64,000 nt of DNA, from assembly GCA_964525525.1 (NCBI GenBank), contig CAZGHD010000001.1:5288-69287 (forward strand), given 5' to 3'. This DNA comes from an uncultured Lachnospiraceae bacterium (GTDB lineage Bacteria; Bacillota; Clostridia; Oscillospirales; CAG-272). The notes under the pieces were generated by a model. The model was not told the origin of the DNA. It saw only the letters and a list, made by a program, of their open reading frames with translations, and did not search any database. Positions 44,922 through 54,087 of this stretch are shown here, in pieces. The translations under genes were made by a program, and so were the position numbers. Each line of letters begins with the position of its first letter. Position 1 is the first letter of the stretch.

Positions 44922-47303
44922 TTACCTCCCACAGCCGCAACAACAGCAATTACCGTCCGAAAAAACTCTTTTTGCAATATCTGCCGCACTTTTGGCATCT
45001 TTTGCATAGAAATCTGCACCTATTTTCTCGGAATATTCCTGGGTGAGCACCGCGCCGCCGACCATTATCTTGCACTCGTGACCTGACGTGCGCACAGCTG
45101 CGATAGTTTCCTCCATCGAGGGGAGGGTGGTGGTCATCAGTGCGCTCAGACCTATGAGCTTTACCTTGTTTTCCACAGCGCATTTTACAATGTCCTCGGC
45201 GGGCACGTCACGGCCGAGGTCTATTATCTCGTAGCCGTAGTTTGAAAGCACCATTTTAACGATGTTCTTTCCTATATCGTGAACGTCGCCTTTAACGGTA
45301 GCGAGGATTATTTTCTCTCCCGTCTGCGTGTCACTTTCCTTTTTGCTCTCGCGGATAACGTCAACCGCGGCGGATGCAGCGGCGGCACTGCGCATGAGCT
45401 GAGGCAGGAAAAACTCGCCCTTTTCAAACTTTTCACCTACGCGGTCGAGCGCAGGGATTATCATTTCGTTTATTACTGCGTCTGCGTCAAGAGTTTTGAG
45501 TGCCTCTGCCGCAGATTCGCGGGACTGTACGTCGTTTCCTGCGATTATAGCGTCACCGAGATTTTCGGTCTTTTTCTCGGGTGCGGGGGCAGAGACCGCT
45601 TTTACTCCGCTTTGAGAGTTTACGTATTCGATACATCCCTCGTCAAGTCCCGCTATCGCGCGGTATGAATATATCGCGTCGGTCATTCTGCGTGAACAAG
45701 GATTGATTATCGGCAGGGTAAGACCTTCGTGAAGTGCGAGAGTAAGAAAGGCTGACGAGATTACCTCTCTCTCGGGCAGACCGAAGGAAACGTTTGATAC
45801 TCCGAGCGTTGTTTTTAATTTAAGATTGTCACGTACCAGTCTGAGCGCACGCAGAGTTTCTCTCGGGCCGTCCGGCTCGGCGGATACTGCAAGAGTCAGG
45901 CAGTCTATAAACAGGTCGCACGCAGGTATTCCTGCTCTTGTTACTTCAAACTGAATTTTTTTCGCAATGATTGCACGGCTTAACCCGTCTTTGGGTATAC
46001 CGTCCTCGTTAAGCGTAAGTCCGATTATCGCCGCGCCGTATTTTTTTGCAAGCGGAATGATAGCACCCAGATTTTCTTCCTCGCCGTCTACCGAGTTGAT
46101 TATCGCGCGTCCGGGATATGCGCGCAAGCCGGCCTCTATTGCCGCGGGCGATTTTGAGTCTATCTGAAGCGGTACGTCGGTCGTTTTAACCAGAGTCTCG
46201 ACTACTTTTTTCATCAGCTTGGCTTCGTCAACTCCGGGAACGCCCACGTTTACGTCAAGCACGTCTGCGCCTGCGGCAATCTGCTCGCGCGCGACGGATA
46301 CGACGTGGTCCATGTCTTCTGCGGCGAGCGCGGCGGCAAGCTTCTTTTTGCCGGTGGGGTTAAGTCTTTCACCGACTACCAAAATCTTTTCCGCGTCAAC
46401 TACGTTTTGTGCGCCTCCGAGCAGACAGGTGCGTACGCTGTTGCGGGTCTTTAATTTAAGTCCGTCGTGAGCTTTGCAAAGCTCGGATATATATTCGGGA
46501 GTAGTGCCGCAGCAGCCGCCGAGATATTTTACGCCTATCTCGGTAAACTTTTTCATCTTTTCGGCAAACTGCGCGGGGGTGATGTCGTAGCTTCCGTCGT
46601 CAGCCGAGGGAAGTCCCGCGTTTGCTTTTACTATCAAGGGAAGATCGGATACCGACGCGATCTCTTCTATAAGCGGATATATCTGATCCGGGCCGAGAGA
46701 GCAGTTTATACCTATCGCGTCAGCGCCCATTGCGGACATCAGAGATGCGAATGCGCGCGGCGAACAGCCGGTAAAGCTGCGCCCGTTTGCTTCAAAGGTC
46801 ATGGTTACGAAAACGGGCAGGGAAGTGTTCTCCTTTACCGCGAGCAGAGCCGCTCTGACCTCGGCAAGGTCGCTCATAGTTTCAAGCACTACGAGATCAG
46901 CGCCTGCCTCGGCACCTGCTGTGACGCGGCGGCGGTATATTTCGTACGCCGTGTCAAAATCAAGGTCGCCTGCAGGAACCATAAGTCTGCCGGTGGGACC
47001 GAGATCAAGCGCGACCGCCGCACGTCCGTCTGCCGCTTTGCGTGCGACCGAAACGGATGCCGATATTACCTCTTCAAGCGAGTAACCGCTGCCGCTCAAT
47101 TTATCGTCGGTAACTCCGAAGGTGTTCGTATATATGACGTTACTTCCCGCGTTTACGTATTTTTCGTGTACGGAAAATACTGCGTCGGGATTGGTTATCG
47201 AGAGAATATCGGGTATGCCCGAAAAATCCGGAACTGCGGCGCGGAGCATGGTTCCCATTGCGCCGTCAAGAAAAACGTAACCGGGTTTGTACAAAAAATC
47301 CAT
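44922..47303 (-). CDS. metH: Cobalamin-dependent methionine synthase, short form (Hcy-binding, pterin-binding and B12-binding domains, no AdoMet reactivation domain)
   Basis: GGCCGTTPEYI (Hcy-domain Zn site) and DVHDIGKNIV (B12 His-on motif). 793 aa, ending in GNCCCCGCGR. Confidence 0.9.
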   Translation of the reverse strand: MDFLYKPGYVFLDGAMGTMLRAAVPDFSGIPDILSITNPDAVFSVHEKYVNAGSNVIYTNTFGVTDDKLSGSGYSLEEVISASVSVARKAADGRAAVALDLGPTGRLMVPAGDLDFDTAYEIYRRRVTAGAEAGADLVVLETMSDLAEVRAALLAVKENTSLPVFVTMTFEANGRSFTGCSPRAFASLMSAMGADAIGINCSLGPDQIYPLIEEIASVSDLPLIVKANAGLPSADDGSYDITPAQFAEKMKKFTEIGVKYLGGCCGTTPEYISELCKAHDGLKLKTRNSVRTCLLGGAQNVVDAEKILVVGERLNPTGKKKLAAALAAEDMDHVVSVAREQIAAGADVLDVNVGVPGVDEAKLMKKVVETLVKTTDVPLQIDSKSPAAIEAGLRAYPGRAIINSVDGEEENLGAIIPLAKKYGAAIIGLTLNEDGIPKDGLSRAIIAKKIQFEVTRAGIPACDLFIDCLTLAVSAEPDGPRETLRALRLVRDNLKLKTTLGVSNVSFGLPEREVISSAFLTLALHEGLTLPIINPCSRRMTDAIYSYRAIAGLDEGCIEYVNSQSGVKAVSAPAPEKKTENLGDAIIAGNDVQSRESAAEALKTLDADAVINEMIIPALDRVGEKFEKGEFFLPQLMRSAAAASAAVDVIRESKKESDTQTGEKIILATVKGDVHDIGKNIVKMVLSNYGYEIIDLGRDVPAEDIVKCAVENKVKLIGLSALMTTTLPSMEETIAAVRTSGHECKIMVGGAVLTQEYSEKIGADFYAKDAKSAADIAKRVFSDGNCCCCGCGR

Positions 47304-47355
47304 TTTAATACCATTCCTATATTTTCATAAATTCTGTTGAGTCTTAAAAAGAACA

Positions 47356-47388
47356 GACGCCTGTGCCGCTTCTCGCTGCACAGGCGTC
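47356..47388 (-). terminator. Intrinsic terminator after infB
   Basis: Perfect 11-bp stem GACGCCTGTGC/GCACAGGCGTC, followed on the minus strand by TGTTCTTTTT. Confidence 0.75.
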
Positions 47389-47395
47389 ACTTGTT

Positions 47396-50170
47396 TTACC
47401 GTTCTACTTCTTCCATTATAAATGCTTCGAGAATGTCGCCCTCTTTTATATCGTTGAAACGCTCAAGACCGACACCGCATTCAAAGCCCTGAAGAACTTC
47501 TTTTGCGTCATCCTTGAAACGCTTGAGAGATGAGATCTTATCTTCAAAAATAACGATGCTGTCACGGGTTACGCGGATCTGCGCGTTACGGGCAACCTTA
47601 CCGTCGGTAATGTAGCATCCCGCGATAGTTCCGACGTTGGGAACGTGGATAGTCTGTCTGACGTCAGCATGACCGAGGATAACCTCTTTGAACTGAGGAG
47701 CAAGCAGACCTTTCATCGCTGCGGAGATCTCTTCAATGCACTCGTAGATTATTCTGTAGGTTCGAATGTCTACGTTCTGAAGCGCGGCTCTGTCAAGCGC
47801 GTTCTTGTCAGGACGTACGTTAAAGCCTACGATGATAGCGTTAGACGCGTCTGCGAGCATAACGTCACCCTCGTTGATACCGCCTGCGGCAGAGTGAATG
47901 ACGTTGACCTTGACTTCCTCGTTTGAGAGCTTGAGCAGGGAAGCTTTGACCGCCTCGGCGGAGCCACCCACGTCTGCTTTAACGATGATGTTAAGGTTCT
48001 TAACACCGTCGGAAATCTGTGCGAACAGATCGTCAAGGTTAGCTTTTGCGTTAGCCTTGAACTCGTCTTCCTTCGCTTTGTCGCGGCGCTGCTCTGCAAG
48101 CTCGCGCGCCATGCGCTCGTCTTCTACTGCGTTGAGCTCGTCGCCGGCCGAGGGAACCTCGGAAAGACCGACTATCTCGACGGGAACGGACGGGCCTGCT
48201 TCAGCGAGCTTTCTGCCCTTGTCGTCAAGCATTGCGCGTACACGGCCGACAGAAGTACCTGCGATAACGATATCGCCGGTGTGAAGAGTACCGTTCTGGA
48301 CGAGAATGGAGGCAACGGGACCGCGGCCTTTATCCAGCTTTGCTTCTATAACAATACCTTTTGCGTGACGGCTCGGGTTTGCTTTAAGTTCCTTCATTTC
48401 TGCAACGAGAAGCACGTTCTCGAGAAGATCGTCAATACCCATACGAGTGACGGCTGATACGGGTACGCAGATAACGTCTCCGCCCCATTCCTCGGGAACG
48501 AGGTCGTACTTGGTCAGACTCTGTTTTACGTTATCGGGATTTGCGGTGGGTTTATCCATCTTGTTGATGGCAACGATTATATCAACACCCGCTGCTTTTG
48601 CGTGGTTGATAGCTTCTATCGTTTGGGGCATGATACCGTCGTCGGCTGCGACTACGAGGATGGCAATATCGGTAGCCATCGCACCTCTCGCACGCATAGC
48701 GGTAAACGCCTCGTGACCGGGGGTATCAAGGAAGGTTATATCCTTATCGTTGATGTTAACTCTGTAAGCACCGATGTGCTGGGTAATACCGCCTGCCTCA
48801 CCCGTGGTAACGTTGGTGTGACGGATAGCGTCAAGCAGAGAGGTCTTACCGTGGTCAACGTGACCCATAACTACGACGACGGGAGAACGCTCAACGAGAT
48901 CTTCTTCTGCGTCGGTCTCGTCCTCAAACAGCTTTTCTTCGATAGTTACAACTACCTCGCGGGTGACCTTAACGTTCATCTCGTCCGCGATAAGGAAGGC
49001 AGTGTCGTAGTCGATTATCTGGTTAACGGTTGCCATAACGCCCATGAGCATGAGCTTCTTTATGAGCTCGGCTACGGTTATCTTGAGTCTGGACGCAAGC
49101 TCACCGACAGAAATTTCATCCGGCACGGTGATGTGGAGCTGAGCCTTTCTCGCTTTTTCAAGCTCGAGCTTCTTCATGCGCTCGATAGCGAGCTTCTCTT
49201 TATCCTGTCCGTTTGACTTTTTATAACCGTTGTCGTTATTGTTCTTTTTCTTGAGTTTCTGCTTGTTCGGACGTGCGTCGTGCTCTCCGCCCATATCCTG
49301 AGCGAGATTCTCAAAACGCTCGTCGTACTTGGACAGATCGACGTCGCCTGAACGTGTGTCAATAACTCGTTTGCCGCCGGTTCTGGTAGCCGCGCCGCGT
49401 TCTACGAGTATCTTGGGCTTGGGAGCGACAGTATTCTGAGGACGGTTTTCAGCGCGCTGGGGCTTGGGACCGTTCTGTCTTGCCTGATCGTTCTGACGGT
49501 TCTGACCGTCGCGGTCGGAACGCTGGAAGTCCTGGCCTCTGTTCTGACCCTGCTGGGGAGCGGGACGCTGACCGTTTTGAGCGGGGCGGTCGGAGCGCTG
49601 TCCCTGACCGTCGCGGTTCTGCTGACCCGGGCGGGGCTGATTGTTGTTGGGACGGAACTGCACGGGACCGTTCTGCGCGGGACGGGCAGACTGCTCCCTC
49701 GGCTGTTCCTTCTGCTGAGGTTTTTGTTCCGGCTTTGCTTCCTGCTTCGGCTCCGGCTTTTTCTCGGACTCTTTCTTCTGCGGAGCTGGCTCGGATTTAG
49801 CTGCGGGTGCAGGCTTCTTTTCCGGTTCTGCCGCAGGTGCGGGCTCGGCAGCCTTCGGTTCCGGATTTTTTTTCTCCTTGGGAGTGTTTTCCTTGGCTTC
49901 GGGAGCGGGCTTTTCCTTCGCTTCCTTCGGCTCTTTTTTAGCTTTCTGATCTTCGATAGCTATCTTACCGGACAGATAATCGTCTATATTCTTTATCTGT
50001 TTTTTCTCGGTAAGCTTCATCATGAGAAATTCAAACTCATCCGGCTCAAGCACAGCCATGTGAGTTTTGTCGCCGCCTTTATCCGCAAAAACTTCCAGAA
50101 TGTCTTTGCTTTTGATGTTAAGGTCTTTGGCGATCTGATTAATGCGATAGTTTGTGGGGGTAGATGCCAT
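47396..50170 (-). CDS. infB: Translation initiation factor IF-2
   Basis: G-domain [28 protein letters not shown]. Conserved C-terminal domains. Low-complexity P/Q/K/E-rich N-terminal region. Confidence 0.95.
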   Translation of the reverse strand: MASTPTNYRINQIAKDLNIKSKDILEVFADKGGDKTHMAVLEPDEFEFLMMKLTEKKQIKNIDDYLSGKIAIEDQKAKKEPKEAKEKPAPEAKENTPKEKKNPEPKAAEPAPAAEPEKKPAPAAKSEPAPQKKESEKKPEPKQEAKPEQKPQQKEQPREQSARPAQNGPVQFRPNNNQPRPGQQNRDGQGQRSDRPAQNGQRPAPQQGQNRGQDFQRSDRDGQNRQNDQARQNGPKPQRAENRPQNTVAPKPKILVERGAATRTGGKRVIDTRSGDVDLSKYDERFENLAQDMGGEHDARPNKQKLKKKNNNDNGYKKSNGQDKEKLAIERMKKLELEKARKAQLHITVPDEISVGELASRLKITVAELIKKLMLMGVMATVNQIIDYDTAFLIADEMNVKVTREVVVTIEEKLFEDETDAEEDLVERSPVVVVMGHVDHGKTSLLDAIRHTNVTTGEAGGITQHIGAYRVNINDKDITFLDTPGHEAFTAMRARGAMATDIAILVVAADDGIMPQTIEAINHAKAAGVDIIVAINKMDKPTANPDNVKQSLTKYDLVPEEWGGDVICVPVSAVTRMGIDDLLENVLLVAEMKELKANPSRHAKGIVIEAKLDKGRGPVASILVQNGTLHTGDIVIAGTSVGRVRAMLDDKGRKLAEAGPSVPVEIVGLSEVPSAGDELNAVEDERMARELAEQRRDKAKEDEFKANAKANLDDLFAQISDGVKNLNIIVKADVGGSAEAVKASLLKLSNEEVKVNVIHSAAGGINEGDVMLADASNAIIVGFNVRPDKNALDRAALQNVDIRTYRIIYECIEEISAAMKGLLAPQFKEVILGHADVRQTIHVPNVGTIAGCYITDGKVARNAQIRVTRDSIVIFEDKISSLKRFKDDAKEVLQGFECGVGLERFNDIKEGDILEAFIMEEVER

Positions 50171-50251
50171 ACTTTTTTGTACCTTGTCCTCCGCCCCGTC
50201 ACAGGCAGGGGGACTTCCTTTCTTGCAGAGAATGGGAACTTTTATAAAAAA

Positions 50252-50596
50252 TTAATTGTCTTTTAGTTTGTTTTGCTCCGCGTCGGCACCGGTTATCAGA
50301 CGCTCGATAGCGGATGCGAAGTTGGGGTCGTTTACGGCGACAGCCGCAACCGCTCCCGATTTTCCTATTGCGTGACCGAGCTCGCTTGAACTGCAGTCAA
50401 GGCGGAGATATTTACATTCGTAAAAAGCACAACGGTCGCGCATACGCTTTTCCGTGTTTTCGGACGCGTCACTTGCACTCAGTGCAAGGTATGCACCGCG
50501 CGCAACCGCGTCACAGGCAAGAGATGATCCGATTGAGAGCTGTCTCGCTCTTGCCGCGAGTCCGAGCATTCCGAGTAAGCGGTCTGTCTTCATCAT
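50252..50596 (-). CDS. ylxQ: L7Ae/L30e-family RNA-binding protein (YlxQ-like)
   Basis: Position between ylxR and infB, with the L7Ae-like pattern LGLAARARQL. Confidence 0.75.
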   Translation of the reverse strand: MMKTDRLLGMLGLAARARQLSIGSSLACDAVARGAYLALSASDASENTEKRMRDRCAFYECKYLRLDCSSSELGHAIGKSGAVAAVAVNDPNFASAIERLITGADAEQNKLKDN

Positions 50597-50880
50597 TCAC
50601 TCTCCGTGGCTTTAAGCTCTGCTTCAAGTGCGTCGAGTACCTCGTCGGGAATCTCACACTCAAGACTGCGGGCGATTCGGTTTGCTTTTCTTGCCTTTTG
50701 AAGGCATTTTGAGCTTTTACATATATATGCGCCGCGACCCGGCTTTTTGCCGACGAAGTCGAGAGATACGCCGCCGTCCGGGGCGCGGACTATGCGGATA
50801 AGCTCGGACTTGGGCTTGCTTTCGTTACATCCGAGACATTTTCTCTCGGGTATCTTTCTTTTCTTTTGCTGTTCTGCCAT
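50593..50880 (-). CDS. ylxR: YlxR/RnpM-family protein (DUF448)
   Basis: RKCLGCNESKPKSELIRIV..GRGAYIC motif, immediately after nusA. Confidence 0.85.
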   Translation of the reverse strand: MAEQQKKRKIPERKCLGCNESKPKSELIRIVRAPDGGVSLDFVGKKPGRGAYICKSSKCLQKARKANRIARSLECEIPDEVLDALEAELKATESE

Positions 50881-50881
50881 A

Positions 50882-51907
50882 TCAGTTGGTCTTTATGTCT
50901 ATTTTAAAACCGGTAAGTCTTGCCGCAAGACGCGCGTTCTGACCCTCGCGTCCGATAGCGAGAGAAAGCTGGTCGGGATTTACGTAAACCTTGCAGGAGC
51001 GCTCGCCGTCAAGCTCTACCGAGTTGACGGTCGCGGGGGAAAGTGCGGAGCGGACGTATTCCTCAGGCTGTTCGCTGTAAACGACGATGTCTATCTTTTC
51101 GCCGCAAAGCTCTTCAACTATACCGGAAATTCTCATTCCGCGGTTACCGATACAAGAACCGACTGCGTCAACGTTCTCGTCGCGGGAATATACTGCGAGC
51201 TTGCTGCGGGAGCCAGCCTCACGGGAGATACCCTTGATGATTACAACTCCGTCCTGTATCTCGGGAACTTCAAGCTCGAACAGGCGCTTTACAAGACCGG
51301 GATGGGTTCTTGAAAGGGTAACGATAGGACCGCGGGACTCGTGGCGTACTTCGGTAACGAAAACCTTAATACGGTCGCCTACTTTGAGTACCTCGCCGGG
51401 AATCTGCTCGGAGTGGAGAAGCACTGCTTCGCTCGTGCCGGTGTCAACTACTACGTTGCCGTTTGACTCGTCTGTCTTGGTAACGGTAGCGGTGATTATC
51501 TCCTCACGCTTGTTCTCGTATTCGTTTATTATCATAGTACGTTCCGCCTCGCGGATACCCTGAATGATAACCTGCTTTGCTGCCTGTGCGCCGAGACGGC
51601 GGAAGTTTTTGGGCTTTATCTCTATCTCAGCAACGCCGCCGAGCGCGTATCTGGAGCTGAGCTTTTTAGCGTCCTCAAGAGAAATTTCGGTTATCTCGTC
51701 TTCTACTACTTCGACTATGTTCTTTTCCTGATAAACCTTGATGGCTCTCTTTTTCTGATCTATTACTACTTTTACGTTGCTGTTACCGCCCATATCGCGC
51801 TTGTAAGCGCTGACGAGCGCAGCCTCGACACGCTCAAGCATATAATCCTTCGGTATTCCTTTTTCCTTTTCGAGGGTTTCAAGTGCGTTGAAAAATTCGG
51901 AACTCAT
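50882..51907 (-). CDS. nusA: Transcription termination/antitermination factor NusA
   Basis: S1 and KH domain patterns (DPVGACIGNRG-like DAVGSCIGNRGMRI; AIGREGQNARLAARLTG). Confidence 0.95.
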   Translation of the reverse strand: MSSEFFNALETLEKEKGIPKDYMLERVEAALVSAYKRDMGGNSNVKVVIDQKKRAIKVYQEKNIVEVVEDEITEISLEDAKKLSSRYALGGVAEIEIKPKNFRRLGAQAAKQVIIQGIREAERTMIINEYENKREEIITATVTKTDESNGNVVVDTGTSEAVLLHSEQIPGEVLKVGDRIKVFVTEVRHESRGPIVTLSRTHPGLVKRLFELEVPEIQDGVVIIKGISREAGSRSKLAVYSRDENVDAVGSCIGNRGMRISGIVEELCGEKIDIVVYSEQPEEYVRSALSPATVNSVELDGERSCKVYVNPDQLSLAIGREGQNARLAARLTGFKIDIKTN

Positions 51908-51948
51908 TTTTTTCGGTAGTCCTCCTCAAGTTATTTGTTCGTTATATA

Positions 51949-52422
51949 TCATTCAAAATCGTAAACAGTTTGGATTTTTGCAACGGCGGAGCGGGGAAGC
52001 TTGATCTCCTCGCCGCCCTCCTGCGTCAGTGTATAGCTTTCGCCGTCGTACGCCGCGAGCGTGCCGACAAACGATTTGGCGCCGTTTATCGGAGCGTAAA
52101 GTCGCGCCTCAACCGTCATGCCGAGGCAAGCCTCAAGATGGGCATCTGTACGGAGCTCTCTCTCAAGTCCGGGAGAGGATATTTCAAGGTAATACGCATC
52201 CTCGATAGGGTCTGCCTCGTCTATGATGACCTCTACCGCGCGGTGAACCTTTTCGCAGTCGTCTATGTCAATACCGTCCGGTGAGTCGATGGTTATACGC
52301 AAAAACCAATCCGCACCCTCGCGCAGATACTCAACGTCCCACAGCGAGTAGCCGAGCTCCTCGATCTTCGGGGAGACCATGGCAGAAACGCGGGAGGCGA
52401 TATTTTTCGTTTCCTTTTTCAT
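51949..52422 (-). CDS. rimP: Ribosome maturation factor RimP
   Basis: LEISSPGLERELR motif, upstream of nusA. Confidence 0.9.
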   Translation of the reverse strand: MKKETKNIASRVSAMVSPKIEELGYSLWDVEYLREGADWFLRITIDSPDGIDIDDCEKVHRAVEVIIDEADPIEDAYYLEISSPGLERELRTDAHLEACLGMTVEARLYAPINGAKSFVGTLAAYDGESYTLTQEGGEEIKLPRSAVAKIQTVYDFE

Positions 52423-52447
52423 ACGGATAGAACCGTCCTTTCGGTTA

Positions 52448-52478
52448 CATAAAACAGAGAGTGGGGTGACCCACTCTC
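52448..52478 (-). promoter_or_regulatory. Leader hairpin plus U-tract upstream of rimP (candidate attenuator)
   Basis: Perfect 9-bp stem GAGAGTGGG/CCCACTCTC with a 4-nt loop at 52457-52478, followed on the minus strand by TGTTTTATG. It lies about 35 nt upstream of the rimP start. Confidence 0.4.
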
Positions 52479-52582
52479 CTTTGTACTATCATTTTCCACT
52501 AATAGTATATCACATACCGATGCAAAAATCAATCCTTTTATTTAATATTTTTGCTGTTTTTTCACTTTTTTATCAAAAAATA

Positions 52583-52610
52583 TTGACATCAGGACGTTCT
52601 ATGCTATAAT
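52583..52610 (+). promoter_or_regulatory. Sigma-A promoter for the lipoprotein gene
   Basis: TTGACA, a 16-nt spacer, then TATAAT. Confidence 0.6.
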
Positions 52611-52653
52611 AAAAATGTAATTAAGTATAAAAACGGAGGTGTTCTGCTTGAAA

Positions 52654-53178
52654 ATGAAGCGACTTTGCGTGCTATTCGTTATCTCTCTGCTTTTTCTTTG
52701 TTCCTGCGGTGAAAAGGTGGGAGGTCCGTATTTTCCCGCAGTGCCGGATAAGATAGTTATCGGTATCAGCGGGGTGGAGAGTACGCTTGTACCGGGGGAT
52801 GAAGCGTTTGACGAGATAGTGTCACGCTTACGCAAGCTCGTGGAAAATTCAAGCGGAGGCGATACCGTGCGGCTTGGTGCGATTGATCCCGAGACCGGAA
52901 AGCATATGTCGTACGAGATGCGTAAAAGCGAGATATTCGTTGAGCTTATATATAACGAACCCGGTGAACAGACGTTCGTTGTAACCGAGGGATACGGAAA
53001 AACCTCTAACAAGGCCTCTACAGTTTCCCGTGTGTTTATACCTTTCAGTGGTGATTATAAAGACCTTATCTTCATCGGGCATGATGCAGAGTATAAAGAG
53101 TGGTTCACCTTCGGCACGTTTGACGGCGGAGAGTCATTTGCGTCGTACGTAGCGGGACTTTTGGCGCCTGTTGATTAA
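52654..53178 (+). CDS. Putative lipoprotein, unknown function
   Basis: MKRLCVLFVISLLFLCSCGEK signal with a lipobox-like sequence. The GTG at 52639 overlaps the RBS GGAGG, so the TTG at 52648 or the ATG at 52654 is a more likely start. Confidence 0.55.
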   Translation: MKRLCVLFVISLLFLCSCGEKVGGPYFPAVPDKIVIGISGVESTLVPGDEAFDEIVSRLRKLVENSSGGDTVRLGAIDPETGKHMSYEMRKSEIFVELIYNEPGEQTFVVTEGYGKTSNKASTVSRVFIPFSGDYKDLIFIGHDAEYKEWFTFGTFDGGESFASYVAGLLAPVD

Positions 53179-53186
53179 TATGTATA

Positions 53187-53220
53187 AAAGGGAATGTCAA
53201 CATCGTGAGACGTTCCCTTT
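53187..53220 (+). terminator. Intrinsic terminator
   Basis: 12-bp stem AAAGGGAATGTC/GACGTTCCCTTT (one G-U pair), followed by ACTTTTGTTTTT. Confidence 0.7.
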
Positions 53221-53265
53221 ACTTTTGTTTTTGCGGCAGATAAGAACACAATTAACAAATAAACA

Positions 53266-53294
53266 TTGACTAAAAACTCACTCCGTGATATAAT
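53266..53294 (+). promoter_or_regulatory. Sigma-A promoter for the histidine phosphatase gene
   Basis: TTGACT, a 17-nt spacer, then TATAAT. Confidence 0.65.
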
Positions 53295-53327
53295 GTATCA
53301 TATCGACAAACGTCGGAGGCAGATAAA

Positions 53328-54002
53328 TTGGTACTTTATATAATACGTCACGCGTACTCACGTGCGAACACTACTCTCGAACACCCGTGGGATCCGAGAG
53401 TGGATATGTACGAGGACAGCGACTGTTCGCTGACTCACACGGGAATAAAACAGGCGAAGATTCTCGGTGAGAGAATGGCGGACACTCAAGTGGACTGTCT
53501 TCTTTGCAGTCCGTTTCACCGCACTATTGCGACCGCGGCTTACGCTATTTCCAAAATGGAGAAAAAGCCGGTGATTGAGATACTTCCCGACCTGATGGAA
53601 ATAAAAAGCAGTTACGACGACGTGCACGTGCCTGATGACGTTTTGCGCGAGATGTACCCGTGGACGGAATATGAGCATCTTCCGCCCGTATACGAAAAGC
53701 TTGACGGAAGCAAAGAAGCGGCGTACGAGCGCGCCGAGGCGGTACGCGATTACATTCTTGAGAGATTTACTAAACACGACAAGGTTATGATAGTCAGCCA
53801 CCGCAATTTTTTGAAGGTGCTTTGCTACGTGCTTTCCGGTTTTCCTAAAGAAAGATTCGGGGAGATACATCTTGAGATAGACAACGCGAGTACCTCGATA
53901 ATCGAATTCGTCAGCGAGGGTACTCTTGTCAGACGGCTTAACGAGAACGCGTATCTCGGCGAACTTGCCGGATACCGCGAGAAAAAGCCGCAACCAAAAT
54001 AA
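53328..54002 (+). CDS. Histidine phosphatase (phosphoglycerate mutase) family protein
   Basis: LYIIRHAYSRAN (RHG-type motif) and a later SH motif (IVSHRNF). TTG start after GGAGG. Confidence 0.8.
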   Translation: MVLYIIRHAYSRANTTLEHPWDPRVDMYEDSDCSLTHTGIKQAKILGERMADTQVDCLLCSPFHRTIATAAYAISKMEKKPVIEILPDLMEIKSSYDDVHVPDDVLREMYPWTEYEHLPPVYEKLDGSKEAAYERAEAVRDYILERFTKHDKVMIVSHRNFLKVLCYVLSGFPKERFGEIHLEIDNASTSIIEFVSEGTLVRRLNENAYLGELAGYREKKPQPK

Positions 54003-54087
54003 ATATATCCGAGTGACACCGCAGCAGGCAGATTTTGAGGCAGTTCCTTAATTCTCTTTCTGCGGTATCATTTTTCTGGAGGATGTT

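Noticed and set aside
49300-49900. Repetitive, G+C-rich DNA inside infB
   Set aside because: It encodes the low-complexity P/Q/K/E/R-rich N-terminal linker typical of IF-2 (repeated QRSDR..QNGQ units). It is in frame, not a mobile or regulatory repeat. The long antisense ORFs here are shadows of the biased composition.
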